This document shows positions 36,550 to 50,194 of a DNA stretch of 64,000 nt, one piece after another; within the stretch, counting starts at the first letter, position 1; every line of letters begins with the position of its first letter. This DNA is from Eledone cirrhosa. Taxonomy: Eukaryota. The DNA lies in NCBI GenBank assembly GCA_964016885.1, contig OZ024744.1:79856001-79920000 (forward strand), in the 5' to 3' direction. The notes under the pieces were generated by a model that had not been told where the DNA came from, made no database searches, and saw only the letters and a list, made by a program, of their open reading frames with translations. The translations under genes were made by a program, and so were the position numbers.

Positions 36550-38072
36550 GCAAATGATGATTGTAGTGGAAGAATGAGTGAATGGAGAGAAGGAAAGAGA
36601 GAATGAATGAATGAATGAATGAATGGATAGATGAATGAATGAAAGAAGGTAGGTGGGGACGGGGATGTAATAATGAATGAGTGAATGGAGGGTGAGAATG
36701 AATGAATGAATGAATGACTGAAGATAGGAGAAATATGAAGCATGGAAGGGAAGAATGAAAGAAGATAAGCAGATGGGAAGGGAGGAATGAAAGAATGAAG
36801 GAATTAAAATAAGAACGAGGGGATGTAGATGGGAAGAAATGAAGGAATGCAGGCGGAAGTGAGAGGAAAGAAAGAATGTAAGAATGAATGAATGAAGGAA
36901 GGAAAGAAGGAGAGAAATGAAGACAGATAAGGAGAAGGATAGGGGGAAAATGTTAATGAATGAATGAATAAAAGAAGGAAGGAGAGAAGGAATGATGGAG
37001 AGAAAGAGGAGAGGAAAGAGAGAAAGAGAGAAAGGAGAGAAAGGAAAGGAAGGGAGAAATGTGAGAAAGAAGAGAGGAACGTGAGAAAAAAAGAAGAGAG
37101 GAAGGAGAAAAAGAGAGGAAAGAAAGAAAGAAAAGGTGAGAAAGGAAGGAATTGTAAAAGAAGATGGATGCAGAAATAAATTAAGTTAAAGAAATGGTCG
37201 ACATCTCCTTGGTGGTCCAACAACGGAAATCCTGAACCAATTTACATAAATTTACTTCCATTTACATAAATCTGTCAAGACAACAACAACAACAACAACA
37301 ACAACAGTAATAATAATAAATCTGAGAAGATACAACAACAACTGCAGCAACAGTAACAACAACTGCAGCAATAATAATAATAATCTAACAAGATACAAGA
37401 ACACGAAGAAGAAGAACAACAGCAGAAACAACAAGAGTAACAACAACAGCAGCAACAATAAGAACAACAACAACAATAGCAATAATAGTAATGTAACAAG
37501 ATACAACAACAACAACAACAACAACAACAATAACAACAAAAATAATAATAATCTGACAAGATATAACAATAATATATAACAACACAAAAACAAAATGCAA
37601 TGAGTCATAGTCAGGTCCAAACATCAGAATATTATTTGACCAACACCCAGATACACCCTAACACACACACACATTATATATATACAGATGCATACACATA
37701 CATACTAGACACACATACATAGACACACATACATACATAGACATACACACATACATACACAGACACACACATAGACATATACACACACATAAATACATAG
37801 ACACACACATACGTACATAGACACACACATACATAGACACACACACACAGACACACATGCGTACATACAGTTATGCCTTGTTATAAAGGACACTTAATTC
37901 AGTGTTGCTTCTTATAACACTATATTTGAACATGTCACACACACACACTTATACACACACATTCATGTACATACTCATGTTCATATATATATATATACAC
38001 ACACACAATCATTTATACAGTTATATATACACACACACTTATACACACACATTCATGTATATACTCATGTTC

Positions 38073-38113
<41 letters not shown>

Positions 38114-38510
38114 CATGTTCATATATATATATATATATATACATACACAGTCATTTATACACACATTCATGTACATACTCATGTTCATATATATATATAT
38201 ACACACACACACACATTCATGTACATACTCATGTTCATACATATACACACACACACACACACAGTCATTTATACACACACATTCATGTACATACTCATGT
38301 TCATATATATATACAGACACACACACAGTCATATACACACAGTCATTTATACACACACACTCATTTATACACACACATTCATGTTCATACTCATGTTCAT
38401 ACATATATATACACACACACAGTCATATATATATACACTGTCATGTATACACACAGTCATTATACACACTGTCATATATATACACACAGTCAATATATAC
38501 ACACACAGAT
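36550..38510. repeat. low-complexity block: (GAAT)n/GA-rich, (CAA)n, then CA/TA-rich minisatellites
   Basis: Direct inspection. Confidence 0.85.
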
Positions 38511-38516
38511 CATATA

Positions 38517-40646
38517 TTGCTTCCCTGGGCATGGATACATTGAACCTCCGACGTCTGGCAACTGACTTGGTAAACACCCACAAAATTATTAACCCTCTTC
38601 CCAACAACAACCCTGAGTACCTTTTGAATTCCATGTGTCTAACACACATGGGCATGCCTACAATGTCAGGCAACAGTACAGCTCCCATGACTTTTGGAAA
38701 CATTTTTTCACGCTCAGAGTTGCTGAAGCATGGAACAAACTACCTGTACCAGTTGTTAGCTGTTGGGACACTGCATCCTTTAAAACCTCCATGGAACAAA
38801 CTCCCTACATCAGTTGGTAGTTGTCGAGACACTGCATCCTTTAAAACCTCCATGGAACAAACTCCCTACATCAGTTGTTTAGCTGTTGGGACACTGCATC
38901 CTTTAAAACCTCCATGGAACAAACTCCCTACATCAGTTGTTTAGCTGTTGGGACACTGCATCCTTTAAAACCTCCATGGAACAAACTCCCTACATCAGTT
39001 GTTTAGCTGTCGAGACACTGCATCCTTTAAAACCTCCATGGAACAAACTCCCTACATCAGTTGTTAGCTGTCGAGACACTGCATCCTTTAAAACCTCCAT
39101 GGAACAAACTCCCTACATCAGTTGTTTAGCTGTCGAGACACTGCATCCTTTAAAACCTCCATGGAACAAACTCCCTACATCAGTTGTTAGTTGTCGAGAC
39201 ACTGCATCTTTTAAAACCTCCATGGAACAAACTCCCTACATCAGTTGTTAGCTGTTGGGACACTGCATCCTTTAAAACCTCCATGGAACAAACTCCCTAC
39301 ATCAGTTGGTAGTTGTCGAGACACTGCATCCTTTAAAACCTCCATGGAACAAACTCCCTACATCAGTTGTTTAGCTGTTGGGACACTGCATCCTTTAAAA
39401 CCTCCATGGAACAAACTCCCTACATCAGTTGTTTAGCTGTTGGGACACTGCATCCTTTAAAACCTCCATGGAACAAACTCCCTACATCAGTTGTTTAGCT
39501 GTCGAGACACTGCATCCTTTAAAACCTCCATGGAACAAACTCCCTACATCATTTGTTAGCTGTTGAGACACTGCATCCTTTAAAACCTCCATGGAACAAA
39601 CTCCCTACATCAGTTGTTTAGCTGTCGAGACACTGCATGCTTTAAAACCTCCATGGAACAAACTCCCTCCATCAGTTGTTAGTTGTCGAGACACTGCATC
39701 TTTTAAAACCTCCATGGAACAAACTCCCTACATCAGTTGTTTAGCTGTCGAGACACTGCATCCTTTAAAACCTCCATGGAACAAACTCCCTACATCAGTT
39801 GTTAGCTGTCGAGACACTGCATCCTTTAAAACCTCCATGGAACAAACTCCCTACATCAGTTGTTTAGCTGTCGAGACACTGCATCCTTCAAAACCTCCAT
39901 GGAACAAACTCCCGACATCAGTTGTTTAGCTGTCGAGACACTGCATCCTTCAAAACCTCCATGGAACAAACTCCCTACATCAGTTGTTTAGCTGTCGAGA
40001 CACTGCATCCTTTAAAACCTCCATGGAACAAACTCCCTACATCAGTTGTTTAGCTGTCGAGACACTGCATCCTTTAAAACCTCCATGGAACAAACTCCCT
40101 ACATCAGTTGTTTAGTTGTCGAGACACTGCATCCTTTAAAACCTCCATGGAACAAACTCCCTACATCAGTTGTTTAGCTGTCGAGACACTGCATCCTTCA
40201 AAACTTCCATGGAACAAACTCCCTACATCAGTTGTTTAGCTGTCGAGACACTGCATCCTTCAAAACCTCCATGGAACAAACTCCCTACATCAGTTGTTTA
40301 GCTGTCGAGACACTGCATCCTTTAAAACCTCCATGGAACAAACTCCCTACATCAGTTGTTTAGCTGTCGAGACACTGCATCCTTTAAAACCTCCATGGAA
40401 CAAACTCCCTACATCAGTTGTTAGCTGTCGAGATACTGCATCCTTTAAAACCTCCATGTTTCCTGAGATTCGCCAACACTACACCTGATATCCCCCTCCA
40501 TGCACACGCACACATTTATATCATGACTCATACACTGTTCACTTCCCTGACATTTGTACATTATTCTATGTACTATACATGCACCTTTGACGAGTTGTAG
40601 TGCACCTGAGCACTGTACAAAATTTCATTATCATTATTATTATTAT
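38517..40646 (+). mobile_element. CR1-clade LINE 3' fragment with internal minisatellite expansion
   Basis: ASLGMDTLNLRRLATDLVNTHKII..THGHAYNV..KHFFTLRVAEAWNKLP..SFKTSM, 3'UTR, (TTA)n tail. Confidence 0.9.
38729..40454. repeat. 61/62-bp minisatellite, about 28 copies
   Basis: (catggaacaaactccctacatcagttgtt(t)agctgtcgagacactgcatcctttaaaacctc)n. Confidence 0.97.
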
Positions 40647-41244
40647 ATACACACAGTCATATATATATATATATATATATATACATGGTCATATATATAT
40701 GACCATGTGTGTATATATGACAGTGTGTATATATGACTACGAGTATATATATATATATGACCATGTGTGTATATATGACCATGTGTGTATATATGACCGT
40801 GTATATATGACCGTGTGTGTGTGTATATATATATGACTGTGTATGTAATACACAGTCATATATACACACATGGTCATATATGCACACACACACACATACA
40901 CACTGACGTGCATACATACATATACATATGCACATGCATAATCTCATGCACACACACATACACACAAGTGGATTCTTTGGTGAATAAGAAACCAAGCTGA
41001 AAATTCAGACACACACACAGACTCACACCACACACCACACGCATACATCACACGCACACCACATACACACACACCACCCACACACACCACACACACACAC
41101 ACCACACCACCCACACCTACACCACAAACACACACACCACACACACCACACACACACACACCACACACACAATAAAAAATGGCAGACACAATTAGTGTTA
41201 TTAGGTTCATGCTTTGGTTGAAAGACAGAAAAAAAAAAGAAGTT

Positions 41245-41277
41245 CAATGTATCGGACGTTAGTCCTTCATCAGCACA
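41245..41277 (-). ncRNA. degenerate Penelope-type hammerhead motif
   Basis: CUGAUGA-a-GGAC-uaac-GUCC-GAUAC (GAAA mutated to GAUA). Confidence 0.4.
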
Positions 41278-41381
41278 GTAGTAGATAGATTAGAAAATAG
41301 AAAAAGGGGGACATGTGAGTGTGTGTGTGTTGTTTTGAATTTTTTGTGTGTATCAGCATATATATATATATTGGTGGAATG

Positions 41382-41450
<69 letters not shown>

Positions 41451-41921
41451 TAAACGGAATAGAAAATGCTGACAAATTGTTCACAGTTGAAAAATGGTTT
41501 AATTAGGAATAAAAGAGTATTAGTAATTGTATGGGTTAGCATTCAGTTGTGGTTTTAAGTTTTTACCGGTTGCGCATTTCTAAATGCTTTGCAAAAATAA
41601 TTTTGAGATAGAGTGTCCGTGTTGTTTGACACATATATATACATATATATATGCAAAAGGCAAACAGAAATAACAAAGCAAATGACAGTACCATGAAGAA
41701 ATATATTAGTTTTACGCTTGATATGGTAGGAAAAGTGATATATATATATGTCTGTGTGTATTTGAGATATATATAAATATAAATATGTGTGAGTGTTTTA
41801 TATATATATATATATATAACGAAGGAAGTGTGGTAAGGAACCAGTTGGACCATAACGCACCAGAGAACTCAATACTTAGGGTAGTAGAGTGGGTAATAGG
41901 AAAATGTTCAAGACCCTGACA

Positions 41922-42037
41922 GCAGAGCTTAAGCCATTTTGACAGCTATTTCTGGACTAAATTAGATTTTTATTTACTAGCATGCTAAAAATCTAATTTA
42001 GTCCAAAAATAGCCGTCAAAACGGCTTGAGCTCTGCC
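41922..42037. repeat. imperfect palindrome, about 52-bp arms
   Basis: gcagagcttaagccattttgacagctatttctggactaaattagattttta ... taaaaatctaatttagtccaaaaatagccgtcaaaacggcttgagctctgc. Confidence 0.9.
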
Positions 42038-42167
42038 ATGAGTACCGGCCTGCCCGCCCAGCCAGTGGGAAAGTGTTATCTTATGGCTAAAACAGCACAA
42101 CGTGTTGTGACCAGCAGTGCCGATTGGCGTCCGACAGACTGGGTGATCAAGGTGATATATATATATA

Positions 42168-42610
42168 TATCATCACCATCACCGTTTTACGTCTGTTCTT
42201 CCACGCTAGCATGGGTTAGACGGGTTGTCCTGTTGTGGGCAGTGCCCAGTCAGCTGACCTTGTCTTGCTCATACGGGAACTGATTCTGGGGCTTGATTTC
42301 TACAGCTAGAGGCCCTTCCTAACACCAACCTCATTTACAGTAAGTGCTGGGTGCTTTTTTTTTTCGTGTCACCTACATGTCCACTTTAAAGTGTGGGCTG
42401 GGTGCTTTTTTGCCGTGGAACTTCCACGACCGTGCAGTGGAATGATATGGGCCCCAGTCCTATCATTTCATTTCTACAGCTGAGTAAACTGGAACAATGT
42501 GAAATAAAGTGTCTTGCTCAAGGAAACAACACATCACTTGGTTTGAGAATTGAACTCACAACCTTTTGATTGCAAGCCCAATGCTCTAACCACTAAGCCA
42601 TGCACCTTCA
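42168..42610 (-). mobile_element. full-length composite SINE (tRNA + CORE-like + aggaagggc domain + RTE tail)
   Basis: Same body as 12988-13335 but with the cccacaacaggacaacccgtctaacccatgctagcgtgg tail. Confidence 0.85.
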
Positions 42611-42830
42611 CACACACACACATATATATATATATATAAAACACACACACATATATATGTGAGGGAGAGAGATATATAGACAGATAATGTATGTATATAA
42701 AACATAAATGTGTGTATACATATAATCACACACACATATATATATATATATATAAAACACACATATTTATATTTATATATATCTTACATACACACAGACA
42801 TATGTTATATATATATATATATATATGTAA

Positions 42831-42857
<27 letters not shown>

Positions 42858-42862
<5 letters not shown>

Positions 42863-42977
42863 ATGCAAGCGTGGAAGATGGACGTTGGACGTTAAACGAT
42901 GATGATGATGATAATGATGACATGATTATCATCGTCATCACTGTTTAACGTCCATTTTTCCATGCTAGCATGGGTTT
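42858..42977. mobile_element. tail-to-tail pair of ultra-short RTE 3' ends
   Basis: aacccatgcaagcgtgg..ggacgttaaac(gat)n followed by its inverse gtttaacgtcc..ccatgctagcatgggtt. Confidence 0.8.
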
Positions 42978-43762
42978 CATGATGATATAGATATGTGTAT
43001 ATATATACATACACACACACACACACACACATACATACATATATGATACACACGTATGATATGTGTGTATTTGACATGGTTATATAATAACATTTCAATG
43101 GCACCAACCAGCTACCAACCTACCAGCCAACCAAAGAATATGTTTGGTCTATGACAACAGATGGCAGCGCAACAGATAATATCATATGAATGAATATAGA
43201 TTTTGTAATGGTTCATAACGTGGAACCACAGTGAAAGGCTGTCATGTGCTGCTAGCAAAATCGGTTGGGGACATACACACATACACATGCATACACACAC
43301 ACACACACACATACATACATACATACATCCCCATATACAAACATACATACAGACAGATATCCACATATACATACATAAATACATCCTTACACATATACAC
43401 ACATACAAAAGATTTTGAAAATGTTAGACAGAATCACAAAAGAATTTAAGTGTAACATAATGCATTGTATCCTTAAAATGCCGATAAACCATGTCGACTG
43501 TACCCGCGCTCTCTCTGTATGTATGTATGTGTATGTATATATATATATATATATATATATTTGGTAATGGAGTAGTTATATTTTGTGTTGTTCACTTTCT
43601 AATTAAATAGCTCTGTTTTATACATAGAGCACTCCTTTTCCCTTTGCTTTTTCTTTGGTAATACTTAACATATATATATATATATATATATGATTATTAT
43701 CATCATGATCATCACTGTTTATCATCCATTTTTCCATGCTAGCATGGGTTACATATATATTG

Positions 43763-43813
<51 letters not shown>

Positions 43814-44098
43814 TATATATATATATATATACACACAAACACACACACACACACACATACATACACAGAAACAGGTCGGAGAGATGGCTAGGTAATTAGA
43901 TAGATAGAAATACAGAAGACGTCTAGAGAGAGGAATAGATATATATACAGATTAGGTGGGAGGGAGAGAGAGAGAGAGAGAGAGAGATGGATATTGGAAC
44001 ACGGAAACACACACCATCACAATCATCATTATCACCATCGTTTAGTGTCCATTTTTGCATGCTTGCATGGGTTAGACGGGTCGTCCACGTACACCCAT

Positions 44099-44130
<32 letters not shown>

Positions 44131-44202
44131 AAGAGAGAGAGAATGTTATATGAGTATGTAATTATTTCTGAATGTACTGCTATATAGAATATGACAATGA
44201 AG

Positions 44203-44263
<61 letters not shown>

Positions 44264-44855
44264 CACACACCACATACGTATGTATGTGTATTAAATATAC
44301 CAGTTGTAACTTAAAAGACTCCCTACCTTTTCTGGGATAAACCAGCAGACCATGTGTCACCCTATTGTAGTTGTTATCATTACTGTATATCAAACTGACT
44401 GACAAACATTAGGATCAACAGGAGATAAAAATGAAAGTAAAAGTAGGGTGCACAAGACGAAAGAGGGCGTGTTCTTTCTTCTTTTTTGTTTGTTTTTGGT
44501 TCTTATTTCCTGATCTTTTGTTCTATATATATATTTTTTTCTTTTATCGTTTAGCACCTAATAGTGTGTGGAATGAAAGCTCCAGTAATTCTGCTTGAAT
44601 AGTGCCAGCAGTAGCCAACACAAGCCAACATATACACACACACCCCTTTTTTAACATTTGTCTTGGAGGTGCCAAGAGTGGGAGGAAGAGGAGGAGAAGA
44701 AGGTGGTGAATGAGGAAGGAGGGTGGGAGGAGAAGTAAGTAAACTGAAGAATTACTAAATGCTACTGACTAATACTAATAATAATGTGTTGTTGTTGTTG
44801 TTCATTGGTTGGAAACAGTGCCTGCCTGTCCTGTGTGTTGGACAGTACAGATATA

Positions 44856-44896
<41 letters not shown>

Positions 44897-46080
44897 TATA
44901 TATATGTGTGCATACAAAATATATGTGTGTGTGTATACATATATATATTATATTATATATATATATATGTGTGTGTGTATACATATATATATTATATTAT
45001 ATATATATATATGTGTGTGTGTATACATATATATATTATATTATATATATATATATGTGTGTGTGTATACATATATATATTATATTATATATATATATAT
45101 ATGTGTGTGTGTATACATATATATAATATTATATATGTGAATGTGTGTGTACATATATATTATATTATATTATATATGTGTGTGTATAGAGAGGGAGAGA
45201 GAGAGAGAAGGGGGGGGGGGCAAAATGAAGACATGTGATAGAGGGTAGAATAAAAGAACAAAAAAAAACAAAACAAAAGAGGAGACACATAATAGCTTTG
45301 ATGAACGACACAAAGACAAGAGAACCAAAGTTATAACACACACAACCACCACAACAACAACCATCATCATCATCTATTATTACGCCTGCTTTTCCATGAA
45401 TGGGTTGGATGACATTTTTTTTTTTGTGGGTGTGTGTGTGTGTAGCAGTTATTCTACCTCTAGATGTCCTACCTTACTCCAACCCTTAAGTTTTTTTTAG
45501 ATCTTTTTTTATTTTTTTTATTTATTTATTTTTTGCTTATTCAATTGATCTACATACATCAGACTGCTAAACTGTAGGACACACTGCTTATGTAGGACAT
45601 AAACAAATATCACAGATTGCCAACCCCGCCCTCCTGTAGTGTCAATGCAAAAGCATAATGGGACAAATGTATATACATAATGTGTGTGTGTGATTAAGGA
45701 TAGTTTTTCAAAGGTGGTCGGGAAAATAAAACCCACAGTTAAATAAGGTACTCAATACATTAAGTAGAAAAGAATCATATTTATTTTACATAGAAATGAC
45801 TTCGACAGGATTAGAACTGTTTCATTTGCATGAATTCATCAGAGATGTCTGATAAAATAATGAATCTGACCAACTTTGTCTGACATATCTGATGATTTCA
45901 TATGAATGGAACAGTTCTAGTCTTGTAGAAGTGGAAGGTGAACTGGGTAAATTTTATTGTGACTCCAGTACAATCATCTTGCAGGGTAGACTGGATGACT
46001 TTTATTGTGGTCCCAGTACAACCACCTGACAGGGTGGACTGGATACTTTTTATTGTGGCACCAGCACTAGCACCTGACAG

Positions 46081-46112
<32 letters not shown>

Positions 46113-46451
46113 TCCTTCGTTTTTACATGTGCTTTTCCATGCTTTGCATAGATTATATATATATATATATATATACGCACACACATACATACATGTGAAA
46201 TGGTTCTGGTACAGATACTGGGAAGACCAAAGATTGGAGTAGTATTCAACGCATCTTTAAGTACAGAGTTTGAATAGTAATTACTGAGCTCTCCAATGAG
46301 ATTTTACTAAAGTACTATATATACATACATATACACATACAAATATATACACATATATATATATATATATACACCACCACCATTTCAGTCCTTTGCCATC
46401 ATCTTCATGAGATTCAGCATCCTCAGATTATTATTATCATTCTTAGTCTTC

Positions 46452-46483
<32 letters not shown>

Positions 46484-46489
46484 CAAAAG

Positions 46490-47062
46490 AAAAGCACCCA
46501 GTCAACCCTGTAAGGTGGTCATCAAGGAGACATGACAAAAAATCCCCCAGTCCACTCTGTAAGGATAGTATTACTGGTGCCTTGACGAAAAGAACTGTCA
46601 ACCCTGTATGGTGGTAGTGCTGATGCCATGATGAAAAGAACCCAATCTACTTTGTAAGGCAGTCATCCTGGTGACATGACAAAAAAAAGCACCCAGCCCA
46701 CTCAGTAAGGTGGTATTACTGGTGCCATGATAAAAAAGCACCCGGTCCACCCTGTAACGTGGTAGTGCTGGTGCCACGACAAAAAAGCACTCAGTCCACC
46801 ATGTAAGGTGGTAGTACTGGTACTATGATAAAAAAAGCACCCAGTCCACCCAGTAAGGTGGTAGTACTGGTGCCATGACAAACAAGCACTCAATCTACCA
46901 TGTAAGGTGGTAGTACTGGTGTCAGAACGAAAATAACTCAGTCCACCCTGTAAGGAGGCAGTATGGGTATGATGTAAGGTGGTTATGGACAAAAAGCATC
47001 TGGTTCACACAGTAAGGCTGTTATGTTGGTGCATCAACAAAAAGCACCCAACTGTAGAAACC
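46490..47062 (+). repeat. about 45-bp tandem repeat derived from the SINE body
   Basis: (ggtgccatgacaaaaaagcacccagtccaccctgtaaggtggtagtact)n, decayed; inverted relics at 45935-46080. Confidence 0.8.
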
Positions 47063-47434
47063 AAAGCAAAAACAACCATATGAGCGAGAAATGGGGAAAA
47101 AATTAGGGATATATATATATATATTAGGGATGCCCTGACAATCAAATTGGCCAATTACTGATTAATTGACATTGCCTTATTGGCCAATACCATACAATTA
47201 ATGATCCACTAATTATCTATGATGTAATTATATATTGTGTTATGAAATTTTGTATTATAATTAATAGAAAATAGCATATTAAAACATCTTATAATTAATT
47301 GCAATTAAAGAGCTACTATTATTCGAAACCAGATTTTACTGTAGGAGGTAATGTATAGGAGCTTGCTTGAAATAGGCTATGCATTGAAAATGGAGAAATT
47401 CTGATGTTTTACATTAAATTTGATCAATTTTTTT

Positions 47435-47700
47435 TTTCTTCTTCTTCGCCCACATATTCCTGGGAGGATTGTAGGGGAAGAGTCCTCAAACACTCCCTCC
47501 AGCAAGTTCTGTCAGAAGCAACTGTCTCCAACTGATCTGACTGGATCCTCAAGCGTGACCAGTCAAGCTAGTGGATGTTATCCAACGATCTTGCTTGGGG
47601 TCTACCACTGGGTCTCCAGCATGTTGGTTTTGCCCATAAAATCTGTCCGATTCTTTCCTGAGACATTCTAACCACATGCCCATAATATCTGAGCTGTGAG
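47435..47700 (-). mobile_element. RTE family D 3' fragment
   Basis: Reverse complement homolog of 9190-9530 with short (gaa)n tail. Confidence 0.75.
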
Positions 47701-47769
47701 CTCCCACCTGCAACCTGTTTTCTTTTTTCTTTTGAGTGAATTAAAATAACAGGAATTTATTACTGTAAA

Positions 47770-47950
47770 TTGGCAGTATCGGTAGAGAGTCGGACGCCAT
47801 GCTTTGACAGAAAGAGTTACGGCCCTTTCCATTCTGAGTTCAAATCCCGCCGAGGTTAACTTTGCCTTTCATCCTTACGGGGTCGATAATATAAAGTACC
47901 AGTAATACACTGGGTATTTGCTGGCCTTGTGCCAAAAGTAGAAACAACTA
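47770..47950 (+). mobile_element. family-1 SINE with TSD
   Basis: 14-bp direct repeat tattactgtaaatt at 47758-47771 and 47949-47962. Confidence 0.9.
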
Positions 47951-47996
47951 TTACTGTAAATTTTTTGAACACCTTTAAATAAACATGTTATAAGAA

Positions 47997-48263
47997 CAGA
48001 CCTGCCAACTTCTTAAATCCCAAAAGGGGAGTACCATGGAAAAAAGGGCCCCAAAACGGGGAGAAATGAGGCAAAATGCGGAGATTTTACATAATGAAAG
48101 CTACACCCATTTTCACAAGAGAAGATATCTCTCACCCAGCCCAAAGTGGGTGGGAGATCTCCCCGTCGGACGGGGAGACTTGACAGGTCTGATATGTGTG
48201 TGTGCAGACCTACCAACCTCTAAAAACCCAAACGGAGAGTACTATGAAAAAAGTGCCCCAAAA
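47997..48263. mobile_element. hAT (Tip100-like) MITE 47997-48191 plus duplicated left end 48205-48263
   Basis: TIRs cagacctgccaa / ttgacaggtctg. Confidence 0.6.
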
Positions 48264-48563
48264 TCCTTTTAAAATTAAGATTAATTTTCACACATCCTCT
48301 CAGATGGGTCTCTATTCTGCTTTCACAGGTTTTAACCAACAAGGAGTTATGCCCCCTGGGCAGTCCCAGTAACAGAGAAAGTTGTGTAAGATCAGGGCGT
48401 TCATTATTATCATCATCATCATCATCATATGTCCGCTTTTCCCTGCTTGCAAGGGTGGAATACAAATGTGTTTTAGAACTCTCTTTGTCAACCCTGGTTT
48501 TCAAGTTCCAAAAGAGTATTGGACGATTAATCAGTGCAACCCTAAAACACGCGTGTGTGTGTG

Positions 48564-48636
48564 TGGTGTCCCCCAAAAATGTATACACACATATATTAGA
48601 ATACTGTTAAAGAGGGTATATATTTTTGGGATACCC

Positions 48637-48640
<4 letters not shown>
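48564..48640. mobile_element. about 80-bp Tc1/mariner-type MITE
   Basis: ggtgtcccccaaaaatgtatacac ... gtatatatttttgggataccctg; copies at 49286-49363 and 53843-53922. Confidence 0.7.
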
Positions 48641-48692
<52 letters not shown>

Positions 48693-49285
48693 GACACACA
48701 CACATATATATATATATACATTTACATACACATAAATACACACACACACATATAGATATACATATATATATATTAACATACATACATAAACACATATATA
48801 TATACATATATATATATACACAAATACACACACACACACACACACATGTATGTGAGTGTTAAGTAAGTATGCCACTAATCGGAATCAGTCCATCAGTTGG
48901 CTGGCTTCGATACTGCCTGCTAGTGCTGATTATCGATCTGATGTCACTCCACAACATTATAATAACCAATGTCACACACACATTATTGCGCTGTCGTCGT
49001 CGTCGTCGTTGTTTGTGTTTGTTTTTTTTTATCCATTCATTCCGATGAGTTGAATAGAATAATAAATAAGAAGGCTGGAAGCAATGGCGTCAGTCAACAA
49101 AAACACACAGAATAAGCTTATATAACTAAACTGTTTACGACTTCTAAAACCTGTAGTTTCATACCGATACCAAAAACATACTCTTACTAAAGTAAAAATG
49201 TCTCTCAGTTTCTGGGTTTCTTTTCACTATATTTCTGCTTGTCTGTCTATCACACTCACTCACTCACTCCTCTCTCTGTCTGTGT

Positions 49286-49363
49286 GGTGTCCCCCCAGAA
49301 ATATATACATATCTATTAGAATGCTGTTGAAGTATGTATACATTTTGGGGGAGACACCCTGTA
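49286..49363. mobile_element. about 80-bp Tc1/mariner-type MITE
   Basis: ggtgtccccccagaaat..attagaatgctgttgaagt..tttgggggagacaccctgta. Confidence 0.7.
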
Positions 49364-50194
49364 TATCTATGTGTATAATAATTTCATTTTATTTATTTAT
49401 GTTCATACACAACGAAAAAGGCAACCTTAGGTTACAAGGCCCAGTTATAGCCATCTCAACAGATTGTGCACAGTGGTGCAGAGTGCATGGAGAAGCGATA
49501 AAATCATCCGTGACGAGTGAGAGAGAGAGATATGACACTCCTACAGAACTAGAACAGTTTCATCCGAATGAAATCATCAGAAATGTACTGATAATTTCAT
49601 AAGAATGAAGCAATTCTGAAGAAGTCATTTCAATAAGCAATTAATTATGTGTGTATTACTGATTAAAAATCTATTATTACCAAATTACCCAAGAAAAAAA
49701 AAAGGTTTCTTATCTCCTAACGTGTAGGGTACCTTATTTAACCGTGGTTTCTTTCCGGTCCTCTTCAGGAAATCATCCTTTATATATATATATATAATAT
49801 CATCATCATCATCATCATCATCAACGTTTAACGTCCGTGTTCCACGCTTGCATGGGTTTGGACGGGGGTAGTCCCACTTGAGGCAAGAGTGATTGTCTTG
49901 CTCGCATAGGACTGTCTGGCAGGTTTTCTACAGTTGGATGCCCTTCCTAACACCAACCACATTTACAGTGTGGGTCTGGGAGGTTTTTACCGTGTTGCCT
50001 ACACGGCCACATTACAGCGTGGACTGTGTGTTTTTTTGTCGTGACACCTACACGATCTCATTTGTTTCGGCCTCGATGGCGCGGCACCAACATAACTTTA
50101 CATAGAACGGGGTGGTGTGGATGGGGTGGGGGTGGTGGGACGGGGTGTATTTTGTTAGAGATGCCTACTGGCTGGAGTAGGTTTTACTATATAT

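Noticed and set aside
36800-37620. Poly-Leu, poly-Cys and charged low-complexity ORFs
   Set aside because: Translations of GA-rich and (CAA)n simple repeats
38729-40454. CRISPR-like regular array
   Set aside because: Units are contiguous with no unique spacers, derive from a CR1 LINE, and the context is eukaryotic with no cas genes
45810-45935. CTGATGA...GAAAC motifs as active hammerheads (also 24655, 49545-49580, 49740-49770, 53650)
   Set aside because: Core words are present but stems I and II do not pair convincingly; treated only as possible decayed relics
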